Source: Acidimicrobiales bacterium (lineage in GTDB: Bacteria > Actinomycetota > Acidimicrobiia > Acidimicrobiales > VFJN01). Taken from it: 64,000 nt of DNA. The stretch covers positions 16,964 through 80,963 of the forward strand of contig JBKJIE010000093.1 of the NCBI GenBank assembly GCA_046598715.1, given 5' to 3'. Both the position numbers and the translations under genes were made by a program. Shown piece after piece: positions 54,159 through 63,667 of this stretch. The stretch's first letter is position 1, and every line of letters begins with the position of its first letter. The notes beneath the pieces are model-generated. The model was not told where the DNA came from and ran no database searches. It worked only from the letters and a program-made list of their open reading frames with translations.

Positions 54159-54563
54159 TCAGCGGTCGGAGGGATCGAGGGCGCGGAGTGCCGCCGCCAC
54201 CACATCGTCATGGCGGTAGCTGAGCGTTCCGGCTGCCGCGTCGACGGGCAACCAGCGAACCTCGTCGACCTCGTCGTTCGGCGCGAAGGACCCGCCGCCA
54301 ACCTGCATCGCCCAGTAGCGGACCTGCTTGGGGCGACCCCGGTGGTCGACGTACTGCACCGAGGGGAGCTCGGTCCCGAGGCGGCACCGCAGCCCCGTCT
54401 CCTCCTCGACCTCGCGGACGGCGGCGGCCGGCGCTCGCTCGCCCGGATCGAGCTTTCCCTTCGGGAGCGTCCAGTCGTCGTACTTCGGTCGGTGCACGAG
54501 AAGCACCTCGAGGCCGTGGGCGTCGGAGCTTCGCCAGACCACACCCCCAGCCGCCTCGATCAC
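54159..54563 (-). CDS. NUDIX hydrolase
   Basis: Nudix box GKLDPGERAPAAAVREVEEETGL. GTG start. Confidence 0.85.
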   Translation of the reverse strand: MIEAAGGVVWRSSDAHGLEVLLVHRPKYDDWTLPKGKLDPGERAPAAAVREVEEETGLRCRLGTELPSVQYVDHRGRPKQVRYWAMQVGGGSFAPNDEVDEVRWLPVDAAAGTLSYRHDDVVAAALRALDPSDR

Positions 54564-54633
54564 ACGCAGAGCCTAGAGACGGCGCTGGGTGCGCGGCCTC
54601 TCGCTCGCGCGACGCCGCCCTACCCTGCAGGCC

Positions 54634-54981
54634 ATGGAAGCCGACGAGCCCACACCCCCGATCCCTGGTGTGCCTGTCGATCGGACGCTGCTCAGCGTGC
54701 TCGAGGAGCTTCGGGCCAACGGGTTCGAGCGTGACATGTACATCACCCCCGAGGCTCGCGTGCGCTGCGGGACCTGTCACCACGACGCTGCCCCCGAGGA
54801 GCTCGAGCTCCATGCGATCCGCCGGATCGAGGGAGCGTCGGACCCGTCCGACGAGGCTGCCGTGCTCGCCTTGACCTGCACCGTGTGCGGTGCCAGGGGC
54901 ACCGCTGTCGTTCGCTTCGGACCTGAAGCCGGGCCGCAGGACGACGCCGTGCTCCGAGGGGTGGAGGACCGCCGCTGGTAG
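54634..54981 (+). CDS. Hypothetical protein with two CxxC pairs
   Basis: ATG 54634, 115 aa, with CGTC and CTVC pairs. I recognise no domain. Confidence 0.5.
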   Translation: MEADEPTPPIPGVPVDRTLLSVLEELRANGFERDMYITPEARVRCGTCHHDAAPEELELHAIRRIEGASDPSDEAAVLALTCTVCGARGTAVVRFGPEAGPQDDAVLRGVEDRRW

Positions 54982-55032
54982 TAGGCCAGCGACGGTCCCC
55001 GAGGAGCTGCCCTACTCGCCGGACGAGGGTCG

Positions 55033-55350
55033 ATGACGGCGCTCACCAAGGGTGCGATGTATCACCACTTCCGAGACAAGGACGAGCTCTTCCGCTCCGT
55101 CGTGGAGGATGTGAAGCGTGAGGTGACGGTGGTGGCCGGCCGGTCCTTCGCCGCCGCGGCCGACGGGCCGGACTCGCTGGAGACGGTCGTGCTTGGCTGC
55201 ATGGCGTTCATCGATGCCTTCGCCGATCCCGCTGCGCAACGGATCGCCATCTCGGATGCGCGTGCCGTCCTCGACGACATGGAGACCGCCCGCCAGCACT
55301 CTCGGTCGGTCGTGGGCCGGCTCGTGGAGGGGCTACGGGCGCCAGCTTGA
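55033..55350 (+). pseudogene. TetR-family remnant lacking the N-terminal half of the HTH
   Basis: It begins at ...TKGAMYHHFRDKDELF, which normally sits ~35 aa into TetR proteins. An in-frame TAG lies at 54982 and no alternative-frame N-terminus is found. It is only 105 aa. Confidence 0.5.
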
Positions 55351-55352
55351 TC

Positions 55353-56141
55353 TCACGTGTCGTCGAGATCGCCACCGCGGCCGGTCTTCCAGTAGCCGCG
55401 GACCACTGCTTGGCTGCGGGGGAGACCTCGTTCCTCGAACAGGTGCCGGCGGATGCGCTGCACGGCCGCTGCTTCCCCGGCCACCCACACGCGTTGGTGG
55501 TCGTCGACCGTTCTGGCCACTACGGCCGCCACGAGCGCCTCCCCCGGAGGCGCCCCGGGGGGAAGGTCGTGCCAGTGCACCGTCGCCCCGGGGTGGGTCG
55601 GTAGCACGTGGCGAGCGTCGCGGTGGGCGATCTCGATGTCGACCTCCACGCTGGCCGCCCCCGGAAGCTGCTCGAGCAGCTGACTGATCGCGGGGAGGGC
55701 TGACTCGTCGCCCGCCAGGAGGAACGACCGTGCGGAGGTGTCGATGGTGTACCCACGGCCCGGCCCCGAGATGCCGGCGGGGTCGCCCGGCCGCGCCGCG
55801 CTGGCCCAGGCGGCGACGATGCCTTGGTCGTGGAGCACCACGTCGAGGTCGAGCTCGAGCGACTCGGGGTCAAATGCCCGGGGCGTGTAGGTGCGGATGC
55901 TCGGGCGGGTGCCATCGGCGTCGAGGAACTCATTGCCGTTCCACGTCGGGATCACCAGCTCCGTTTGACCAGGCCGCGGGACCAGGAGGCGCACGCTTGC
56001 CGCCGGTAGCCCGATGTCGAGGCCGGCCAAGTCGGCTCCGCCAACGGTCACGCGCAGCAACCGTGGTGACAGCGCGGCAGTTCGTTGCACCGCCACCCTC
56101 CGAAAGGCAGGAGGCTCCCGGCGGACGCGCATCGTGGCCAT
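55353..56141 (-). CDS. Siderophore-interacting protein (FAD_binding_9 + SIP domains, ViuB-like)
   Basis: ATG at 56141-56139. The RTYTPR motif and C-terminal VWVAGEAAAVQRIRRHL are typical of SIP family reductases. Confidence 0.8.
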   Translation of the reverse strand: MATMRVRREPPAFRRVAVQRTAALSPRLLRVTVGGADLAGLDIGLPAASVRLLVPRPGQTELVIPTWNGNEFLDADGTRPSIRTYTPRAFDPESLELDLDVVLHDQGIVAAWASAARPGDPAGISGPGRGYTIDTSARSFLLAGDESALPAISQLLEQLPGAASVEVDIEIAHRDARHVLPTHPGATVHWHDLPPGAPPGEALVAAVVARTVDDHQRVWVAGEAAAVQRIRRHLFEERGLPRSQAVVRGYWKTGRGGDLDDT

Positions 56142-56207
56142 GGTCGGCAGTCTGCCCGCCGACCGGTGGTGACCCGGCGTCCCGGACTGTGCGGCTACCG
56201 TGCGGCC

Positions 56208-56543
56208 GTGCCCAGTGATGCCCAGGATCCCCCCAGCCAGGCCACGCTCGTGGTGACCGAGGGCGAGGCCCCCGTCGTCAGCCTGCATGGCGAGATCGAC
56301 CTCAGCTCGGTGGGGGCGGTCCGCGCCGTGATCAGCGATGCACTGGCCCACGCCGACACCTCGCTGGTGATCGACCTGTCCGACGTGACGTTCTTCGACT
56401 CGTCGGGGCTCGGCCTGCTCGTGACCGCCAAGGACGAAGGGGCGCCTGCTGGCGTGGAGCTCGTGCTGCGCGCTCCGAGCCCTGCCGTCCAGCGCATCCT
56501 CGAGCTGGCAGGCACCACCGATTGGTTTCGGATCGAGTCGTAG
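56208..56543 (+). CDS. STAS-domain anti-sigma factor antagonist
   Basis: The GTG 56208 start is inferred. IDLSDVTFFDSSGLGLLV carries the conserved Ser. Confidence 0.75.
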   Translation: MPSDAQDPPSQATLVVTEGEAPVVSLHGEIDLSSVGAVRAVISDALAHADTSLVIDLSDVTFFDSSGLGLLVTAKDEGAPAGVELVLRAPSPAVQRILELAGTTDWFRIES

Positions 56544-56550
56544 CGCGTCT

Positions 56551-58788
56551 TCAGCCCTCGTGGCACAGCACGACCAGCGCGACATCGTCATCCGGCTCGC
56601 GCGCAGTGAGCCCGGCGGCCATGAGGGTGTCGGCCACGGAGTCAGCGTCGGTGGCCAGCGCAGTGTGCAGGTGACCCAAGAGACGGTCGATCGACTGGTC
56701 GATGGGCTCGCTGCGTCGCTCCACCAGTCCGTCGGTGTAGGCGACGAGGATCGACCCCGGCGGGAAGGGATGCGTCCCGATCTCGAGGTCCTCCGTCATG
56801 GGCACGCCCAACAGCGGCTGGCGTCCGCCGGTGAGGAGCACGGTGGCACCCTGGGGCGTACGGAGCAGGGGAGGTGGGTGACCAGCGGCGACGTAGGTCA
56901 TCGTCGACGCCTCGGTGTCGACGATCACGAGCAATGCGGTGGCGGTCACGGTGCTCCCGCCTCGGAGCAGGGTGGTGGTCTGAGGGAACACGTGACCAGG
57001 CGGGATGCCGAGCTGCACGAGGGCGCCGATCACGGCTTGGAGCTGGGCCATCTCGCCGACGGCGGTGATGCCATGGCCGGCGACGTCGCCGACGATGAGC
57101 GCGTAGCGGTGGTCATCGAGCACGATTCCCTGGTACCAGTCGCCTCCCATCCCGATGCGACGCGCAGCAGGGAGGTATCGACTCGCAGTGTGGAGCCCGT
57201 CCATCGTGGGGAGCGGAGTGAGCACGCTGTCCCGGAGCGTTGTGACGAGACGGTGCTCGGCGTCTGAGAGCTGGGCCCGTTCGAGGGCCTGAGCGCACAG
57301 GTGGGCGATGTCGAGGATCGCGGCTCGGGCGTCCACCTTGAGGTGCATGGGCTCGGACCACGCCAGGCCGAGCGCGCCGAGGGGCCGGCCCGTGCTGTCC
57401 GGCAGCGCGATGACGGCACAGGCCTGGCGGCCGGCGCTCTTGAGCGCGTCGACGAGGTGGGGGTAGTGGACCGCGAGGGCGTCGAGATCCTCGAACACCA
57501 CCATCCCGCCCGCCCGCACGATGTCGGCATGGGGCACAGGATCGTCGAGGCCGATGGTCTGGTACCGGTCCTGGATCGACTGGGCGAGGCTGGGGTGGTG
57601 GCGCACCAGCAGCACATCGGTGCCGGGCTGATGGACGGCCACGTTGGCGGTGTCGGCTCCGGCGACCGCTGCAGCGTGGAGGGCGATCACGCCCGCCACC
57701 TCGTCGCTCGTGCGGGCGGTGGCGAGCAGCTCGGCCAGTCCGGCCAGCGCCGCGTGGCGCGCCGCGTCCCGATGCACTCGCTCGAGGAGCTGTGCGCGCT
57801 CGATCGCCTGTCCGGCCATCTCCGCGATCGTGGCGATGGTGGAGGTGAGCGCCTCGTCGAAGCAACGGGGCCCAGCCCACGCGTGGACGATCGATCCCAT
57901 CGTCTCGCCACTGCTCGAGCAGATCGGTACTGCGGCGCGCGCGCCGAGGCCGAGCCCGGTGGTGTCGCGGCCGCTGGCCGGGTAGTGCTGGAGGTACGTC
58001 TCGAAGTCCTCGATGAGCACGGCCTCGCCGGTGCGGGCGGCATCGGTGAAGGCCAAGCGAGCCTCGAGCGGCGGGTCGGCGAAGCGACGGCTCACCCCGT
58101 CGTCCACCGCCGAGCCGTGGTGGGTGCGCAGGACGCCTGCGGCGCGGTCGATGAGGCCGACGCTGGTGGCCAGCGCTCCCACCGGTGCCTGTCCCATCGA
58201 GGTGACGGTCTCGAGTGCCTCGTCGATGGTGAGCGCATCCGCGAGCCGTGCCGCGAGCAGCGCCAGATCGGTCGCTCGTTGCGCCGCCAGGTCGGTGGTG
58301 GCGGCTCGGTCGAGCGCCTGCTCGCACAGCTCGGCCACGGTCGCGAGCGTGATCAGCGTGGGCCCGTCGACCTCAGTCTCGATGTCCCAGGACACGGCGA
58401 GGACGGCGATCACCGCGCCGGTGCTGTCGGCGAGGGGAGCGAAAGCGGTGGTGATGAGACCCGACGCGACGACGTCGTCGATCACGGGGGCCGGAGCGTG
58501 GGCGCGCCAGTCGTCGAGGTCGACGAGGACGAGCGTCTCGCCGGAGCGGACGACCTCGGTGATCGGGAGCGGGCTGTCGAGCGAGACCGATGCGTATCGG
58601 GCCGCTAGCTCCGGCGCCACGCTGTCGCTCGGCCGCAAGTGCATCACGCCGGCGTCGACGAGGCCGATGCTCGCCACGGTGGCATCGAGCACGCCCGGCA
58701 GGCCCTGCTCGATCGCGTCTTGGACCTCATCCACCGTGGCGGCAGCGGAGAGGGCACGCGCCAATCCGATGGCGGTGGCCCGCTTCAC
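56551..58788 (-). CDS. Multi-GAF-domain PP2C (SpoIIE/RsbU-type) serine phosphatase
   Basis: The C-terminal PP2C has GGDWY...VGDVAGHG...DGLVE motifs. About 500 aa of GAF-like repeats lie upstream. GTG 58788 forms a GTGA overlap with the upstream gene's stop. Confidence 0.85.
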   Translation of the reverse strand: MKRATAIGLARALSAAATVDEVQDAIEQGLPGVLDATVASIGLVDAGVMHLRPSDSVAPELAARYASVSLDSPLPITEVVRSGETLVLVDLDDWRAHAPAPVIDDVVASGLITTAFAPLADSTGAVIAVLAVSWDIETEVDGPTLITLATVAELCEQALDRAATTDLAAQRATDLALLAARLADALTIDEALETVTSMGQAPVGALATSVGLIDRAAGVLRTHHGSAVDDGVSRRFADPPLEARLAFTDAARTGEAVLIEDFETYLQHYPASGRDTTGLGLGARAAVPICSSSGETMGSIVHAWAGPRCFDEALTSTIATIAEMAGQAIERAQLLERVHRDAARHAALAGLAELLATARTSDEVAGVIALHAAAVAGADTANVAVHQPGTDVLLVRHHPSLAQSIQDRYQTIGLDDPVPHADIVRAGGMVVFEDLDALAVHYPHLVDALKSAGRQACAVIALPDSTGRPLGALGLAWSEPMHLKVDARAAILDIAHLCAQALERAQLSDAEHRLVTTLRDSVLTPLPTMDGLHTASRYLPAARRIGMGGDWYQGIVLDDHRYALIVGDVAGHGITAVGEMAQLQAVIGALVQLGIPPGHVFPQTTTLLRGGSTVTATALLVIVDTEASTMTYVAAGHPPPLLRTPQGATVLLTGGRQPLLGVPMTEDLEIGTHPFPPGSILVAYTDGLVERRSEPIDQSIDRLLGHLHTALATDADSVADTLMAAGLTAREPDDDVALVVLCHEG

Positions 58789-59159
58789 GATGTTGCTGCG
58801 AGATCGAACTCGAACCACACGACCTTGCCGTTGGGGGTGCGGCGGGTGCCCCACCGCGTGGCCAGCTGATCCAGGATCCGCAGGCCGCGACCAGTGGCCG
58901 CCACGAAGGAGGGCGGACGCTTCACCGGCATCTCGAGGCTGCCGTCGGCGACCTCGATGGTGAGGATGTCGTCCTGCCGGGAAACGGTCATGCGGGCGAC
59001 CGTTCGAGCGTGCCGGACGGCATTGGTCACCACCTCAGAGATGCACAACATGAGGTCGCCGCAGCGGGGCTCGCTGCCGAAGCGCGCCGCCACCGCGTCT
59101 CGGGCCGCCCGCGGTGTCGTGAGGTCGACCGGCAGCACGATGGAGAACGCGTCGGTCAT
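58785..59159 (-). CDS. RsbW/SpoIIAB-like anti-sigma factor serine kinase (HATPase_c_2)
   Basis: N-box ISEVVTNAVRHA and G-box ATGRGLRIL. ATG at 59159-59157. Confidence 0.75.
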   Translation of the reverse strand: MTDAFSIVLPVDLTTPRAARDAVAARFGSEPRCGDLMLCISEVVTNAVRHARTVARMTVSRQDDILTIEVADGSLEMPVKRPPSFVAATGRGLRILDQLATRWGTRRTPNGKVVWFEFDLAATS

Positions 59160-59259
59160 GCTCGGTCTGCCCTCCCTGCGACAGTGGTGGCCCACTGCGA
59201 CCTACCCAGTCTGCCAGCCGTCGATGCATCGATCGCCCAACCAGCGCAGTCATGAGCGA

Positions 59260-59652
59260 TCAGCCGGGAGGCGCGAAGAGCTCGAGAGCGATGTTGTCCG
59301 GGTCGCGGAACGACAGCCCGGAACCGTAGGGAGCGTCGACGATGCCGCCGTGGCCGATGCCGAGGTCGTTGAGACGCTTCTCCCACCCTTCGAGCTCGGC
59401 TCGGTTCGCGCAGCCAAAGGCGACGTGATCGAGGCCCGGTCGGAGCTCGTCGAAGGCATCCGAGCTCGTCGGCCGCGGGTGCTGGTGGATGCCGAACAGC
59501 GTGCTGCCCAGCAGCCACACCACGTGGTGGAACGCCCCGGTGTCCTCATCGAGCACCGGTGCCGCATCGAAGAGCTGCTGATACCACGGCCGGCTCTTGT
59601 CGAGGTCGGTGACCGTCACAGCCACGTGCGCGACAGCAGGAAAGTCTTGCAT
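59260..59652 (-). CDS. VOC (glyoxalase/bleomycin resistance/dioxygenase) family protein
   Basis: AAGGGGG RBS and ATG at 59652-59650. VAHVAVTVTDLDKSRPWY and GLDHVAF motifs. Confidence 0.8.
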   Translation of the reverse strand: MQDFPAVAHVAVTVTDLDKSRPWYQQLFDAAPVLDEDTGAFHHVVWLLGSTLFGIHQHPRPTSSDAFDELRPGLDHVAFGCANRAELEGWEKRLNDLGIGHGGIVDAPYGSGLSFRDPDNIALELFAPPG

Positions 59653-59767
59653 GGCAACCCCCTTGGTCTTTTTGCCTGCCGTGAACATAGTGCTCAAGTC
59701 GTCGATGTGGGCGCGCGCGGAGCCCGCGACGATCATCGATGTCACGGCGCCTCCCTAGCCTGCACCC

Positions 59768-61825
59768 ATGTCCGTGGAACCTGAGGCTCTGGATCTGCTG
59801 CGGCGCCTCACCGGCGATCCCGCTGCCAGCTTCCGCCCCGGGCAGCTCGATGCCATCGAACGACTGGTGGAGCAGCGCGGGCGCACCCTCGTGGTGCAGC
59901 GCACCGGCTGGGGAAAGAGCGCGGTCTACTTCATCGCCACCCGACTGCTGCGCGACACCGGCGCCGGCCCCACCGTGCTGGTCTCCCCGCTGCTCGCGCT
60001 CATGCGCAACCAGCTCGAGGCAGCCGCGCGCGCCGGCGTCGTGGCCGTCACCATCAACAGCGCCAACCAAGACGACTGGTCCGAGATCGAGGCGCAGATC
60101 AGCGCGGGCGAGGTCGACCTGCTCCTCATCTCGCCGGAGAGGCTGCAGAACGACCGGTTCCGCGCCACGGTCCTGCCCGATCTCCTGCTCGAGGTGGGAA
60201 TGCTCGTGGTCGACGAGGCGCACTGCATCAGCGACTGGGGTCACGACTTCCGCCCGGACTATCGGCGCATCGCCCAGGTCCTGCAGCAGCTCCCGGCCAC
60301 CGTTCCCGTGCTGTGCACCACCGCCACGGCCAACGACCGCGTCATCGCCGACATCGTCGAACAGCTCGGCGACACCCTCGAGGTGCTGCGAGGCACGCTC
60401 GAACGGAGCTCGCTGCGGCTCGCCGTCGTGGAGCTCCGAGCGCCAGCGGAGCGGCTGGCCTGGCTGGCCACCGTCATCCCCGACCTCCCCGGGTCTGGGA
60501 TCGTCTACTGCCTCACGATCCACGACACGCGGCGGGTTGCAGGGTGGTTGCGGACCCAGGGGATCGACGCGGCCGCCTACAGCGGCGACGATCCGCCCGA
60601 GGAGCGCATCGAGCTGGAGGAGGCGCTGCTCACCAACCGCATCAAGGTGCTCGTCGCCACCTCGGCGCTCGGGATGGGGTTCGATAAGCCCGACCTCGGC
60701 TTCGTGATCCACTACCAGTCACCCGGCTCGCCGATCGCCTACTACCAGCAGGTGGGTCGGGCCGGGCGGGCGCTCGACGAGGCCTTCGGAGTGCTGCTGT
60801 GCGGGAGCGAGGACAGCGACATCCAGGACCACTTCATCAGCACGGCGTTCCCCGAGAGGGAGCCCGCTGAGGGCGTCATCGCTCTCCTGGCCTCGGCCCT
60901 CGAGCCGCTCTCGATCGCCGAGGTCGAGGCGTCGGTCAACGTCCGCCGCGGCCGGCTCATGCTGCTGCTGAAGGTGCTCGAGGTAGACGGCGCCGTCGAG
61001 CGAGCCGGCGGACGGTGGCGTCGCACCGACGTGCCCTGGGCGTACGACGTGGAACGGGTGCGGCGAGTCACCGAGCACCGGCGCGCCGAGCAGGCGGCGA
61101 TGGTTGCCTACGCCGCCTCGACCCGGTGCCGGATGGGCCACCTCCGCGCCCAGCTCGACGACCCCCACGCCGAGCCGTGCGGTCGGTGCGATGCATGCGC
61201 CGGTCTGCCATGGGACGTCGAGCTGCCCGTCGCCCTCGTGGCCGAGGCGCTCCACCACCTGCGCCGCGGCGATCAGGTCATCGAGCCGCGCCTGCGTTGG
61301 CCGGGCGGTGGTCCGGGGGTGCCCACGGGCGCCATCCCGGCTGAGGAGCGCCTCGAACCTGGTCGTGTGCTGTCGGTCTACGGCGACGGAGGATGGGGCC
61401 AGCTGGTGCGGGACGCTCGGTTCGCCGGGCCCGCAGGGTCTGAGCTGTTCGACGCGGCGGCGGCGACCATCGATCGGTGGAACCCCCACCCGACGCCGGA
61501 CTGGATCACCTTCGTGCCGTCGCGCTCCAGCTCGTTGGCGGCTGATCTCGCCGAGGCCCTCGGATCGGCGCTCAGGATCCCGGTCCGGGACGTGCTGCAG
61601 CGAACGGCCGACCGTCCTCCGCAGTCTGCGATGGACAACAGCGCGCAGCAGGTCACCAACGTGCACGGCGCGTTCGTCGTGCACGGCGACGTCCCTCCTG
61701 GCGCCGTGCTCCTCGTCGACGACACCGTCGCCTCGCGTTGGACCCTCACCGCCGTGGGTGCGCTGCTTCGACAGGCCGGCTCAGGCCCCGTGCTCCCGTT
61801 CGCGCTCGCGCTCGCAAGGGGCTGA
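59768..61825 (+). CDS. RecQ-like DNA helicase with Cys cluster and C-terminal ComF-like phosphoribosyltransferase-fold domain (RqlH-type architecture)
   Basis: Helicase motifs TGWGKS, DEAHCISDWGHDFRP, TATA and QQVGRAGR. Cys cluster CRMGH...CGRCDAC. The C-terminal VLLVDDTVASRWT is a degenerate PRPP loop. Confidence 0.85.
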   Translation: MSVEPEALDLLRRLTGDPAASFRPGQLDAIERLVEQRGRTLVVQRTGWGKSAVYFIATRLLRDTGAGPTVLVSPLLALMRNQLEAAARAGVVAVTINSANQDDWSEIEAQISAGEVDLLLISPERLQNDRFRATVLPDLLLEVGMLVVDEAHCISDWGHDFRPDYRRIAQVLQQLPATVPVLCTTATANDRVIADIVEQLGDTLEVLRGTLERSSLRLAVVELRAPAERLAWLATVIPDLPGSGIVYCLTIHDTRRVAGWLRTQGIDAAAYSGDDPPEERIELEEALLTNRIKVLVATSALGMGFDKPDLGFVIHYQSPGSPIAYYQQVGRAGRALDEAFGVLLCGSEDSDIQDHFISTAFPEREPAEGVIALLASALEPLSIAEVEASVNVRRGRLMLLLKVLEVDGAVERAGGRWRRTDVPWAYDVERVRRVTEHRRAEQAAMVAYAASTRCRMGHLRAQLDDPHAEPCGRCDACAGLPWDVELPVALVAEALHHLRRGDQVIEPRLRWPGGGPGVPTGAIPAEERLEPGRVLSVYGDGGWGQLVRDARFAGPAGSELFDAAAATIDRWNPHPTPDWITFVPSRSSSLAADLAEALGSALRIPVRDVLQRTADRPPQSAMDNSAQQVTNVHGAFVVHGDVPPGAVLLVDDTVASRWTLTAVGALLRQAGSGPVLPFALALARG

Positions 61826-61855
61826 CCCCTCACCGGCGTGGTCGTCGTCGCGTCG

Positions 61856-62569
61856 TCAGCCGAGGTGGGTGGCGAAGAAGTCGAGCGTGCGCGACCACGC
61901 CAGCTCCGCCGCTTCGGCCTGGTACATCGACGGTGCGTCCCAGTTGCTGAAGGCATGCCCGGCCTCGTAGCGCTCGAGGGTCATGGTCGGACGACCGGCG
62001 ATTGCTTGCTCCACCTCGGCGATCTTCTCCTCGGGGATGAACGGATCCTGGGCGCCGTAGTGGAACAGCACTGGACACGGCACCTGGTCGAGCAGATCGA
62101 GCAGATCGTTGTTGCCCGAGCCGTAGTACGACACCGCGGCGTCGGGGCCTGCGCCGTCGACCCGGCTCCGGGCGGCGCACGCCAACGTGAGCGTTCCGCC
62201 GAGGCAGAACCCCACGGCGCCCACCTTGCCCGTGCACTCGGGCATGGCCACGAGGTGGGCGTGGGTGGCCGCGATGTCCTCGATGCCCGACTCAGAGTCG
62301 AATCGCTGCACCATCGCGAAGGCGTCGCCCATCCCCGACTCGTCGCTGCGCTCGAAGCGCGGCTCGATGCGCCAGAACATGTCGGGCACGAGCACCACGT
62401 AGCCCTCACCGGCCAGCTTCTCGGCCAGGCCTCGCATGTTGTCGTTGATGCCAAAGATCTCCTGGAACAGCAGGATGCCCGGACCGCTGCCCGAGTCGGG
62501 GATCGCGCAGAAGGCCTCGAAGGTCCCGCCGTCGTGGGCGGTCACAGTCTCGTAGCGGGTCGTCGTCAT
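61856..62569 (-). CDS. Dienelactone hydrolase family protein
   Basis: 237 aa with the nucleophile elbow GFCLGG and DLH-type sequence throughout. Confidence 0.85.
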   Translation of the reverse strand: MTTTRYETVTAHDGGTFEAFCAIPDSGSGPGILLFQEIFGINDNMRGLAEKLAGEGYVVLVPDMFWRIEPRFERSDESGMGDAFAMVQRFDSESGIEDIAATHAHLVAMPECTGKVGAVGFCLGGTLTLACAARSRVDGAGPDAAVSYYGSGNNDLLDLLDQVPCPVLFHYGAQDPFIPEEKIAEVEQAIAGRPTMTLERYEAGHAFSNWDAPSMYQAEAAELAWSRTLDFFATHLG

Positions 62570-62610
62570 GGGCCGGGAGCGTAGCGAGGTGGCCCGGGTA
62601 CGGTGGCCCG

Positions 62611-62970
62611 GTGCGGGTGCTCATCTGTGACGACGAACCGGACATCCGGCTGCTGTACCGGATGGCGTTCGAGGAGCTTGGTGCCGAGGTCACGGAGGCC
62701 GTCGACGGTGACGACTGCATCCTCCGCATGTCGGTCAGCTGCCCGGATCTGGTGATCCTCGACCTGTACATGCCCAAGCGCGACGGGATGTCGGCCCTCC
62801 CCGAGCTGAAGCAGCACTGCCCGAACGCACGGATCCTGGTCGTCAGCGCCCACGCCGCCGAGGAGACCTTCACCCGAAGTCGGGCAAGGGGTGCCACTGC
62901 CTGCTTCGAGAAGCTCAGCTTCGTCACGCGGATCCCACGTCTCGTGGAGCGCTACGGCGGGGCTGCGTAG
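62611..62970 (+). CDS. Single-domain response regulator (CheY-like receiver)
   Basis: Acidic pocket ICDDE, phospho-acceptor context VILDLYMP, and conserved S/T (VVSA) and K positions. GTG start. Confidence 0.85.
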   Translation: MRVLICDDEPDIRLLYRMAFEELGAEVTEAVDGDDCILRMSVSCPDLVILDLYMPKRDGMSALPELKQHCPNARILVVSAHAAEETFTRSRARGATACFEKLSFVTRIPRLVERYGGAA

Positions 62971-62995
62971 GCCGCGCCAGATCGCGTAGGTCCCG

Positions 62996-63667
62996 TCAGA
63001 TGAGGTTGAGGGGCGGCGGGGGAGCGGTGAGCAGCGAGGCGTGGGTGCTCAGCTGACCGGCGTGGGTGTCGAAGCTGCCGCGGTCGACCGCGTAGGCGCG
63101 CGTCGGGAGACCGGCGTCGATGAGCGTGGCCACCGTGTCGAACCGTGCGCGCAGCGTCTCGGCGGCCGCTGTGCTCGCCACCACTGGGGTGACGGAGGAC
63201 GCGACCGACAGCAGGTCGGCCGTCGAGCTGGCCACCAGGTCACCGAGGGGCGCCCGGCCGCGGTCGGTGTCGGTCAGCTGCTCGATCAGATGGCGGAGTG
63301 CCTCGTCGCCAGGAAGGGCGAAGGGACCGGGCGGGACCACGGCCGCCGAACGGCGACGTCCCCGTGCCAGCAGGGGCATGGCGCGGCCGACTGCGATCGC
63401 GTCGAGCGGGCCTGTGCCCGCGGCGTCGAGCCAGCGACCGATCCACCCAGACCGCGTGTCGTCCTCCCCGCCGGCCTGCCACACGTCCATGCAGTGGAAG
63501 TGGCTGCGGTCGAGGCCCTCGAAGCCCACGCCGTGCACCACCGCGAGGCGGCCGCTGTCCCACAGGGCCTTGCACTGGGTGAGGGATGGGTGGAGCGAGA
63601 AGCCCTCGCCGCGATCGTGGGAGGCGGTGGGGTCGAGGGCGAGCGTGCCGCGCGATTGGTGCCCTTG
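62996..63667 (-). pseudogene. DUF1501-family gene fragment (internal piece; N-terminal Tat-signal region and C-terminal ~170 aa missing)
   Basis: My translation upstream of the listed ORF gives [47 protein letters not shown]...FDTHAGQ, and it then ends early at ...LLTAPPPPLNLI-stop. A TGA at 63670-63668 bounds the frame. Confidence 0.55.

Noticed and set aside
55012-55299. 95-aa minus-strand ORF opposite the TetR remnant
   Set aside because: It has antisense shadow composition (His/Arg/Gly-rich). The plus strand carries the recognisable TetR-family motif.
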